DNA of 64,000 bases. Origin: an uncultured Gammaproteobacteria bacterium (GTDB lineage Bacteria > Pseudomonadota > Gammaproteobacteria > Steroidobacterales > Steroidobacteraceae). The notes below the pieces were generated by a model. The model was not told the origin of the DNA. It ran no database searches and saw only the letters and a program-made list of their open reading frames with translations. Every line of letters starts with the position of its first letter. The first letter of the stretch is position 1. The stretch spans positions 36,926-100,925 of the forward strand of contig CAVQAZ010000007.1 of NCBI GenBank assembly GCA_963710595.1. Reading direction: 5' to 3'. Of the stretch, positions 57,501-64,000 are shown in pieces. Position numbers and translations under genes: made by a program.

Positions 57501-60500
57501 GACCGTGTTCGCAAGTACTTTGTGCGGCTGTACTGTGGGAACGACTCGCACGACGAACGTGAATGTCACGGTGGCGCCCGGCGCAACGGCGAAGCCGGCG
57601 GGCCAGCTGAACACCGGGCGGTCAGGCCCCAGCACGGTGGTATCGACCGTGGGCGGAGTGGCGCCCGTGATGTTGCCGACGTAAGTCAGCAAGCCTGGTG
57701 TTAGATCGTCAAGCACGCGCAAGCTGTACGCGGGGCTCGTGCCATTGTTGGTCGCTGTGACCGTCACCTGCAACTCATCGGCTGCGTCGGCATTGACCAC
57801 CGGCGCAAACGATTTGGTCAGTGCGACGAGCGGCTCACGGACCAGCATGTCCACTTGCCCGAACGTGAGCTCGACCGGCGTGCCCGCTTCATTGACGTAT
57901 CGTGCCGTTACGCTGGTCGCGGGCGCGCCGTTCGAGAGCACAGCGCCGTTGTTGGTCAGCGCGCTGTTCTCGACGCGCGTGATGAAGCGGATGCTGAATG
58001 GGAAGCGGTTGTCAGGCGTCGTTCCCTGGGTAATGCGCTGCGTGCCGAAATTCCACTCGACGACCGAGTCGCTACAGGTGGGCGTGAAGGTGCCGCCCGG
58101 CTGAAAACCTGCAGCCGCATACGGCGGTGCATTCAGATTGATCACAGGAGCTTCGGAACAACGCAGCCCGGGCGGCAACTCATCGCGAATGACGAAATTG
58201 GCGAGCCTGGCGACCGGCAGCAGTGTCGTCAGCTCGAATTCGACTTCTTCACCGACAACGACCTGCTGTGGAGCCGGCGGCGTGGGAGCTGCAGTGTGTG
58301 ACGTGCGAGTGATGCGCTTGGGCTGCGTCTGGACCGCGATCATGCGCACTCGTGCGATCGCCTGTGCGCTGGTGTGTACACGAGCGCCGCCGATGTCGCC
58401 GCTGGGACGGCGGTCAAGGGTCTGGTTGCCGCTCTCGTTAGTGCTGCCGGCAAGTGAGTCGTAGCTCGCCAGATAACTATTCGTGAACGTCTGCAGCGGA
58501 GCAGCGTCATCGTTGAAATCCACGCGGTAATACAGCGTCACCGACTGGCCGGGGTTGACCCGTCGCAGTCCCGTGCTGTGCGTATGAGAGAAAGTGACCA
58601 CCGCGGCAAGGCCTGGCGTTGCCGGCATCGTGCAGTTGTTGGCGATCGTGCCTTCGCCGTTGGCGTCGCCGCCGCCTTCGCTACCGTCGGCGTCGTTGTC
58701 GAGAGCGTCGCCGTCGAACGGCATCACGCACGCCAGGCCACTCGCATCCAGCGTGTCGGTCACGACGAGATCGTAGGCAGGCGAGCGGGCAAGGCCGCTC
58801 GCAGCGGCTTCGTTGCTGACGATGAGGCGATAGATGTAATCGTTGAACGCGTCGCCGTCGTCAGCGAGCGTCGTCCAGTTGCTGCACGCCGGGCCGACGC
58901 CATAACGGGTCTCGTTACAAACTTGCTTCACCACCGTGAGCCGCGGCTCGGTGATCGTCAGGTCTTCGCGGCGGATCGGTTCGTTCGGATAGCCGACAGT
59001 GTTCGGCCCGAGCGCATAGGTCGTTTGCACGCCGCTGCTTTCGAAGACCGCGTTGAACGTCGAGGTCAGGATGTTGGTGCTGCGCGCTGCATGCTGATTG
59101 GGCGCGGCCACCGTGTTGATCGGATTATTGAGCACACGGCTGGTGACATCAGCCTGGAACCATTCGTCCAGCCGGTCGATCGGCGAGCTGTCGTTGAATC
59201 TCCAGGTGAACGGCGTACCCGGTGCGATCAGTCCCACCGGCGGCGTCGGCGATACGCTCTGGCCATCCAGAGTAATGCCGGCGATCTGGGCCGAGCTGGT
59301 GGGCACGGGATCGGTCGAGGACACGTAGCCCTGGCCGCTCGGCAGCGGATCAGTGACCGCCACGCTGCCGACTTGAATCAGCGTGAAGCCCGGCGTCTCG
59401 AAGCCGAACCAGCCGCCGGTGCGCACGCGATACCGGCACTGCTCACCGATCTCCACTCGCGGGGACGGCTTCGCATTCGGTCCGGGCACGCTTGTTTCAT
59501 CGTTCTCGTTGCACGCAAGGAAGCTCTTGATCAGGTTGAAGCCGATCACGCGCTGGCGCACGCCGTCCAGCGTGTAGTTGTTGGTGCGATCGAGCTGGCC
59601 GTCGGGACGCAGGATCGGCGTCGGGAACCACAGCAGCGTGCCGTCGAAAAGGGCGATCTCGCCGACGACATCGGCGCGCAGCGACAAGTCATCGAGCGCG
59701 AGTCGCGTCGGGTTGGTGGTCTTGATGACGCGGAAGTCGAAATTCACCGTAGTGGCCGGCGCAATGGTCGCGGGCTGGGTGCAGTGATACACCGTCGCGG
59801 TCGCGGGAATCGCACTCGGTTGCGTCCATGCCTTCCACGGGTTGGGTTGTGGTGGAGTACCACTGACGGCGATCGTCGTGCAGGCGGCCGGTGCGTTCAC
59901 AACCTGCATGGTCGCGCCGAAGCTCACGAACGCGTGGTAGTCCTCCGCGCTGTGCCCGCCGTTGTTGGTGAGACGGACGCGGATCGGCAGTTCCTGCGTC
60001 GGATCGTTGGTCAGGATGAAGACATTCGATGGATTGTTGTCGATGCCCGTGATCGCAATGTCGAGGTCTTCCGGAAACGGATTGATGGTGTTCGTGTCGT
60101 TGTACGGCAGGCTCAGGTGTCCCTGCGCCGCACAGAACGTGTCGTACTCGACGGTCAGCGCGTTGCTCGTCGTCGCTGGGCGCGCCGGATCGGTGCCCCC
60201 GGCGGTGACTTCAGGAGTTATGTCCAGGTCGGCGCGCAGGTCGTACGGCTCGACAGCGCTGCGATCCTGGCTGATGAGCACGACCGGAAACGTGACGACG
60301 ACGACGTCGTTCTGCCGCAGGACGTCGTTCTGATCGGCGTAGACCGGGTGTACCGTGGAGCTGGAAAGTCTCAACCGCGGAGCGGTGTTCTGCAGCGGCG
60401 TCTGCGACGGCGGCGTGAGGTTGGGTTGCGGGTTCTCCCAGGTGATTCGATCGACCATGCCCGCATACGCGCCACCGAATGCAGGACGGATGATGTTGAC

Positions 60501-61916
60501 GCCTGCCGTCGTGCCGCCCACTTGCAAGGTCTTGGTGAATCCGCCGGCCCAATAAGTCGGATCGACGACATACTGCGGCGGCAAGACATCGGTCAGCACG
60601 ATGTCCTTCACCGTGCCGCCCGTATTATTTCTAATCGTCAGCGTGATCAGGCCACGCGCGCCGAATGGCTGAGTGGACGTGGTCGCTGTGCCCAGTGTGT
60701 TCACGCCCGTGAATTGGCGTTGGATAGTGAGCTGGTTGTTGCCCGTATCACCGTGCTGAGTAAACAGTGTGGCTGTTTCGCTCGGGATCGGGATACCGCC
60801 GGCGCTGCCCCCGTCCGCTACGCAACCAAACTCCGCGTTGCTAACAGTGTTGGTTCTGCCGCCGGAGATGCATGAGCCGTTGGCCGTGATCTTGCCGACC
60901 AGGAACAGGATGGCGGCCGTGCCGTTAGCCTGCACATCGATGTCCCGGCCATTCAAATTGCGCGTGAATCCATTGGTGGCGTCGCCGTTCGGAAAGTTGG
61001 TCGTCGCACCCGTCACGCCAAAGGGATCAGCGACCACGAAATTGCCGACCGTGTTGGTCGCTGTGATACAGGGCGAGCCTCCCGGTGCGACGCCGTTGTT
61101 GGTCGCGACGGCGTTGGCGGCGGCCTCGGTGGGGCACGCGTAATTGATATCGAGGTTATCGGCCGCCATCAGATCGTCGAGCCGGACGTCCTGCATTGCT
61201 GCCAGGCCGTCGTTGTCGATCTGGATGCGCCAGATGATGTCGTCGTTGTTGTGCCCGTACACAGGGTTGCTGTACTGGCTGGCACTTTGCGCGGCGTCGA
61301 CGTTGCGGCCTTGCTTGATGACCTCCGGATCAGGCGCACGGAAGTCCAGCGTTGAGAAATCATTCTGGACCGGACAGGCGCCGGCGACGCCTACCGCGTT
61401 GTATGCGAGCGATGAGCTGATCGCCTTGCTCGCAGTGAACAGTCCCTCTTCCGCAGCGCCGTTGGCGCGGCGCACCTGGAATTCGATCTCAAGAAATTGT
61501 CCGTTGCTTGGATTCGGTCCGTCCGGCGTGAGTTGGAAGCCGCCGAAATCCCAAGTCCATACGCCGCCGGCATTCGTCGGCACGGGTGCCGCCGGAGTTG
61601 CGCCGTTGCCGACGCTGACGACAGTGGTGCCGGGAATGGGCACCAGCCCGGGTGCGCTCAGATCTTCCGAAATCCGGATATTGGTAATGGGCACATTGTC
61701 ATCATCGGCGTAGCCGACGCGCACCGTGACCCGACCGACACCGCACAGCTCGCAGTAGCTCTGCGAATCATCGACGAAGATGTCGATGTCGGCGCCGGAC
61801 GGGCACGCAGCCTGCGCGAAAGCGTCTTGCGTCGGAAACAAGAAAGCGAGGAGAGCGAGTGCTGCTAACGCAGCCCCACGAAGAATCCTCTCGCCAGTCC
61901 GTTGTCGTATGGTCAT
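51546..61916 (-). CDS. Giant secreted surface protein/adhesin with DUF11-type repeats (3456 aa)
   Basis: Signal peptide ending AFA; many T/N/V/P-rich Ig-like repeats (K...PGDTLRYTITIYNTG pattern); SdrD-B-like segments GKVFDDANRNG and GKAWHDANFN near the C-terminus. Confidence 0.88.
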   Translation of the reverse strand: MTIRQRTGERILRGAALAALALLAFLFPTQDAFAQAACPSGADIDIFVDDSQSYCELCGVGRVTVRVGYADDDNVPITNIRISEDLSAPGLVPIPGTTVVSVGNGATPAAPVPTNAGGVWTWDFGGFQLTPDGPNPSNGQFLEIEFQVRRANGAAEEGLFTASKAISSSLAYNAVGVAGACPVQNDFSTLDFRAPDPEVIKQGRNVDAAQSASQYSNPVYGHNNDDIIWRIQIDNDGLAAMQDVRLDDLMAADNLDINYACPTEAAANAVATNNGVAPGGSPCITATNTVGNFVVADPFGVTGATTNFPNGDATNGFTRNLNGRDIDVQANGTAAILFLVGKITANGSCISGGRTNTVSNAEFGCVADGGSAGGIPIPSETATLFTQHGDTGNNQLTIQRQFTGVNTLGTATTSTQPFGARGLITLTIRNNTGGTVKDIVLTDVLPPQYVVDPTYWAGGFTKTLQVGGTTAGVNIIRPAFGGAYAGMVDRITWENPQPNLTPPSQTPLQNTAPRLRLSSSTVHPVYADQNDVLRQNDVVVVTFPVVLISQDRSAVEPYDLRADLDITPEVTAGGTDPARPATTSNALTVEYDTFCAAQGHLSLPYNDTNTINPFPEDLDIAITGIDNNPSNVFILTNDPTQELPIRVRLTNNGGHSAEDYHAFVSFGATMQVVNAPAACTTIAVSGTPPQPNPWKAWTQPSAIPATATVYHCTQPATIAPATTVNFDFRVIKTTNPTRLALDDLSLRADVVGEIALFDGTLLWFPTPILRPDGQLDRTNNYTLDGVRQRVIGFNLIKSFLACNENDETSVPGPNAKPSPRVEIGEQCRYRVRTGGWFGFETPGFTLIQVGSVAVTDPLPSGQGYVSSTDPVPTSSAQIAGITLDGQSVSPTPPVGLIAPGTPFTWRFNDSSPIDRLDEWFQADVTSRVLNNPINTVAAPNQHAARSTNILTSTFNAVFESSGVQTTYALGPNTVGYPNEPIRREDLTITEPRLTVVKQVCNETRYGVGPACSNWTTLADDGDAFNDYIYRLIVSNEAAASGLARSPAYDLVVTDTLDASGLACVMPFDGDALDNDADGSEGGGDANGEGTIANNCTMPATPGLAAVVTFSHTHSTGLRRVNPGQSVTLYYRVDFNDDAAPLQTFTNSYLASYDSLAGSTNESGNQTLDRRPSGDIGGARVHTSAQAIARVRMIAVQTQPKRITRTSHTAAPTPPAPQQVVVGEEVEFELTTLLPVARLANFVIRDELPPGLRCSEAPVINLNAPPYAAAGFQPGGTFTPTCSDSVVEWNFGTQRITQGTTPDNRFPFSIRFITRVENSALTNNGAVLSNGAPATSVTARYVNEAGTPVELTFGQVDMLVREPLVALTKSFAPVVNADAADELQVTVTATNNGTSPAYSLRVLDDLTPGLLTYVGNITGATPPTVDTTVLGPDRPVFSWPAGFAVAPGATVTFTFVVRVVPTVQPHKVLANTVYAAWTSLPGRNTALNTTGQIGTDGAVNGMRNGALPNAGDTLNDYEAQASASVTVPALTVTKTDRNPALAPEIGTHKPFQIVINLPEGVTENLSVADNLNVGAVSYVLANNANFDITYEFVGVASVNGQAPAEAAFTAVPADGATNTAVWAIGRVVTTSENDRATSAIAPAIRINYFARINNDLVTDANDVLRNSVDVTYRNGESGTPQTINYVADPITVREPVLTATKELSNVTAGKNPTDPLALGDIVQYVVTITNAGGATAYDVNIVDTMPIELGLSGDYTPTAAINTVPVPGFVGVPAGAPAGPLLWGRSNGDLSLDLPAGAFLELTYRVVVLAPPDTGTAIANRVYTDWTSLQGASTFERTGAGCPTITAPNDYCFGPAIAIGNGTPAPPPQALAKTNTQPTAAVGEVFRYRVAVPSVVYPYALYDVRVTDDLTASAADMRFISVTKISGSQPWTPQNTGTATNLVIEDPTAGVGIDIPANEQIELEIAVQLLDTATNVSGLQFTNTANYLFNRINNNNASQRLGQAGTTQPMTIVGPDTLMVQKSGPPRLTLGLPGMFSLNVHNTGTGRAWDLTLTDRLPNTPTSGMCEIPPTGFSAQMYQADGTTVVGPALVEGTDFSATFMAAPECVLYIRMLTPAAAIEPNHRLIVRYQAYLDNDSERNATLTNLVAATEWFSADRSNATYADEVRTYTRTLTNGTPGVLDHQDAYTVTADLPVLRFDKTVINVTTGQDPGRLATPGDTLRYRIRIENLVADPVPGFTLRDELGRLNTTPSFVSGSLRLTAVPAGADVASTNPSGGAGGSGLVDIRNLSLGGINTFVVIEYEVRLAPVLANNSYVANQAQVLLSNTEVARSDDPTLNAVPDPLVIGDEDPTRVQITSAPKFRVLKTSRYLGASPSVLLAGEAVRYSITIKNIGTDNAVDVAVRDQIPANTRYVAGSTTINGAPLPDGAQGNSPLVDGIAVYAPEDTTPGRMRADATATPGNVATLTFDVTTYPDLPDGTVISNQAFVSAVSVGIVDYPSDDPRTPIVNDPTRDVIGNAPLLFADKRVALAVDLGSPGVVDPGDTLRYTITIYNTGAIPATDVRLIDNVPPFTTYVANSTLLNNLPVGQPDGGSSPLAAGVYVSSADRTPPLPTAGEGTLSPNSSAVVQFDLRVNDGTASGTIIRNQAVVRTAELPSVLTDGDGNPSTGPEPTVVVVGNTQQLTITKEVAVVGGGPAAPGATLEYVVRVNNISLLPALYVVIRDDLDMATPGYLTLVPNSATLNGAATGVAVAGNIITADYSTSYGPLQPRQSIVLRFRAVINSSLFDGTRITNTGTVTWNNPPRTAAASISLDVGGMPGVGVVNGKAWHDANFNRTLEANERVLEGWTVELLRNDRVIRFVQTDINGVYRIGGIPPNYASGDRYEVRFTARDAGANTAKLGRAYSAFSNDLQRIYDVIVDYGSNLQDLNLPIAPNGVAYNSVSRGAVSNVTLRMLSEATRAALPASCFDDPAQQSQVTLVDGYYRFDLNFSDPACPSRGNYILDVTPPPAGFIGTYSQIIPPTTGSGTSPFAVATCPGSVDDAASATAEHCEVQVSEFAPPLTERARSAGTKYYVNLTLDDSLAPGSSQIFNNHVPVDPDLQGALAISKTTPLLNVTRGQLVPYVITYKNVTEVPLFDVSVVDRIPAGLRYVEGSARIDNLPVEPAVAGRELTWNDLSVDRAESHTMLVLLAVGAGVSEGEFVNRVQAVHMLTGRALSNEASATVRVVPDPTFDCTDITGKVFDDANRNGHQDAGEVGIAGVRVATARGLMATTDAHGRYHITCAAIPLEGRGSNFVLKLDDRTLPSGYRPSTDQVLVKRATRGKALKFNFGASIHRVIGLDLADAVFEPGTTQIREQWQPRLQLLLNELQKAPAVLRLSYLADVEDEQLVEQRMNAVKAEIMRSSATLRLSYPLTIEPEVFWRLGAPLGRSPSAASAGAQDLPQRATTQRLPKSE

Positions 61917-62074
61917 TGCTCACTTTCAACGGTCCCACGCCGGGCCCGTTTGTCTTATTGCGTATCAACCGGCTTGCGCCGCATGCGCATAGCCTGACTT
62001 GCCATCGCCCGCAGTTCGCTTGCAGCCGAAATTCGGTTGCGAAGCTGCCGCGCTTATGTCATGTCAACAAGGAT

Positions 62075-63502
62075 TCATGCCGCCGGCAGGAAGTCGATCG
62101 GATATAAAATTGTGATCGCCGGCACGGCCTTGGCGCCGAAGTCGAATGTCTTCACGCGATCGATGACTTGCGCGGTGAGCTCCGGCGCAGTCATGTCAGT
62201 AGATTTGAGCTCGCACATCGACACACTGCCGTCCGGCTCGATCGTCAGGCGCAGCACGACCTGCCCCTTGAGAGTCGGGTCCTTGCGCAGCTCCTTGTTG
62301 TAAAGTCGATAGAGCGCGGCCTTGTAGCGGTCAAAGACAATCTGGATTTCTTCGTCGGAGCGAGCGGGCGACGCACCGTCGCCACTGAGCGGACGGTCTC
62401 CGCCTGGGACGCCGACTGCGGCAATCGCGCTGCTGGCGCGCGTCACTTGCACGCCGGCCATGCCGCCGCCATTGCCGCTGCCGCCGCCGGTGCCGCGGCT
62501 CAGCGATGAAAGATTGATGCCGCCGCTCGATCCCGGCGCGCTGGTCGTCAACATCGAGCGCTCGGCGCGCCCGGCTGAGTTGTAATCGGAGTTGTCGATG
62601 CGCGCCTGCTGGCCGAGCCGGCTGATCACCTGATCCTCTTTCACCGCGGACAGCTTGGAGCGGAACGCGAGGATGCCCTCTTCCTTCGTTGGTGTTTCCG
62701 GCACCGCTTCCTCGACTTTCTTCTCCACCTTGGCAAGACGCTGCGGAGACGGCTGCGCTTGCGGCGTCTCGGCCACTTGCTCACGCACCTTGGGTTTCGG
62801 CTCCTCTTTCGGTGGAGTCGGCGGCGCTGGACGTTCTTCCATCAACAGGCGCACGACACGCTCCGGCACCACGGTGCCATCGGCGCTCAAACGCACCGGC
62901 AGCGGAATGTATGGAACAACTACGCTGAACGTTATCGCCAGCAGCAGCGCGGTAGCGGCAGACTTGCGAAAGCGTTTGTCTTCCTCGCCTTCGCGCGCCC
63001 ACGGCATGACCAGCTTGCGCGGGAGTTCCGAGATCTCACGCTCGATCGGCCATTCGTACTTGAGCCGGTCCTCCTCGTCCTGCACTTCGAACAACGCGTG
63101 CTCGATGGCGTCGACCAGATCGGCTTGCCGACTCACCTGCTGCAGCAGGTCGGCTTCCCGCTTCTCGATCTCGGTTACGCGCCCGTCAAACAGCTCCACT
63201 CGAGCGCGCACGCTGCGAATCTGCTCGGCGCCCTGCGCCGACAGACCCTCGCCCCAGAACACCTCGGCGCCGCCCATGTCCGCAAGCTTTTCCAAAGCCT
63301 TGCAAGCATCGACCGCCAGTTGATGCTGCTTGCGTTGCGGCTTGAGAGATTCGAGTTCGTTCTCGGCTGCACGCAGATCGCGTGCGAGCGCTGCGAGCCT
63401 CGTCCGAGCACGCGCCAGCTCGTTGATGAGCTGACGCTGCTGCGGGATCGAAGCATCGTCTGCAAAAGTCACTGGGCGCGGCAAGGCCGTAGCTGCGTTC
63501 AT
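62075..63502 (-). CDS. TonB-like protein with AgmX/PglI-type C-terminal domain and N-terminal coiled coil
   Basis: Coiled coil, one TM (LLLAITFSVVV), Pro/Glu/Lys-rich linker, C-terminal RSDEEIQIVFDRYKAALYRLYNKELRKDPTLKGQVVLRLTIEPDG. Confidence 0.82.
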   Translation of the reverse strand: MNAATALPRPVTFADDASIPQQRQLINELARARTRLAALARDLRAAENELESLKPQRKQHQLAVDACKALEKLADMGGAEVFWGEGLSAQGAEQIRSVRARVELFDGRVTEIEKREADLLQQVSRQADLVDAIEHALFEVQDEEDRLKYEWPIEREISELPRKLVMPWAREGEEDKRFRKSAATALLLAITFSVVVPYIPLPVRLSADGTVVPERVVRLLMEERPAPPTPPKEEPKPKVREQVAETPQAQPSPQRLAKVEKKVEEAVPETPTKEEGILAFRSKLSAVKEDQVISRLGQQARIDNSDYNSAGRAERSMLTTSAPGSSGGINLSSLSRGTGGGSGNGGGMAGVQVTRASSAIAAVGVPGGDRPLSGDGASPARSDEEIQIVFDRYKAALYRLYNKELRKDPTLKGQVVLRLTIEPDGSVSMCELKSTDMTAPELTAQVIDRVKTFDFGAKAVPAITILYPIDFLPAA

Positions 63503-63565
63503 CGCAATTGAGTTCAGTGGACGATGTGGTCGAGGCGAATGGGGCTGGCGATGCTGTTGCAGCTG

Positions 63566-64000
63566 CTATCGTTGCAAGACGGCCAGCGAGATCTTGCCGT
63601 AAGTGGTCGCGGTGCAAGTCGCCATGACCTTTCTAACCAGGTCGAACGGCAACGACTTGTCCGCTATCACCGTGACCTCGCGCTTGGCAGAGGCAGGCGC
63701 GCTGGCATCGCCGATCAGCATGGGACGCTCCAGCACGCGCTGCAGTGGCTCGACCATCGATGTCTCCGAAGCGCTCGCCTCGGCAACGCTCGCCACCACT
63801 TCGCCCTGCACGAAAATGTGCTCCTTGGTGATCGTCACGACCACCGTCGGCGTCGCCTGCGTCTGCGAACTCGACTGTGGAATCTCAATGCCCTTGTTGT
63901 TCTGGACCACTTCCACGTCCGCCGTGTAGATGAGTAGGAACGTCACCAGCACGGACATCACGTCGATCAGCGGGATCAGGTTGAGCTCCGCGTCCTCGCG
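63566..64000 (-). CDS. exbD: ExbD/TolR-family protein (5' end outside the window)
   Basis: The frame extends to the edge: REDAELNLIPLIDVMSVLVTFLLI (conserved TM Asp), IADKSLPFDLVRKVM. Confidence 0.9.
   Translation of the reverse strand, partial: REDAELNLIPLIDVMSVLVTFLLIYTADVEVVQNNKGIEIPQSSSQTQATPTVVVTITKEHIFVQGEVVASVAEASASETSMVEPLQRVLERPMLIGDASAPASAKREVTVIADKSLPFDLVRKVMATCTATTYGKISLAVLQR

Noticed and set aside
1-64000. rRNA, tRNA or known riboswitches
   Set aside because: None recognised by eye; tRNAscan-SE and an Rfam scan would be needed to exclude them.

Overview
GC-rich bacterial DNA, most likely from a gammaproteobacterium. This is inferred from the EF-Tu sequence, TonB receptor, porin and MCP; it was not checked by search. 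There are four blocks. (1) 1-22.3 kb, all on the minus strand: the upstream end of a trans-AT polyketide cluster that runs off the left edge. It encodes a CoA-ligase-ACP-KS loading PKS (missing from the ORF track), a membrane His-box hydroxylase/desaturase, a beta-branching cassette (HMGS, two ECHs, two donor ACPs, two stand-alone KSs, one of which keeps the catalytic Cys), a trans-ER, a trans-AT and a fused-E1 plus E2 2-oxoacid dehydrogenase. Embedded in the cluster are an out-of-context tuf (EF-Tu) paralog downstream of its own HTH regulator, two tandem ParB-like genes with no parA, and two copies of a 110-bp MITE-like element upstream of biosynthetic genes. (2) 22.3-41 kb: a probable NRPS relic, an MCP, a complete IS1380-family element, an SDR remnant, a porin, and a TetR-linked aromatic catabolic cluster (CoA ligase, FAH, ornithine cyclodeaminase-like protein, bicupin dioxygenase, P450, TonB receptor, DapA-like aldolase, Rieske oxygenase and reductase). 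(3) 41-46 kb: hipBA, a truncated prlF with intact yhaV, a sugar dehydrogenase and a GNAT. (4) 46-64 kb, minus strand: ExbD, an AgmX/PglI-type TonB-like protein, a 3456-aa DUF11-type surface protein and a 1859-aa multi-OmpA/beta-barrel protein containing in-frame palindromic repeats. The best lead is a beta-branched trans-AT polyketide that may target EF-Tu, with a dedicated self-resistance tuf carrying unusual substitutions. No rRNA, tRNA or CRISPR array was recognised.
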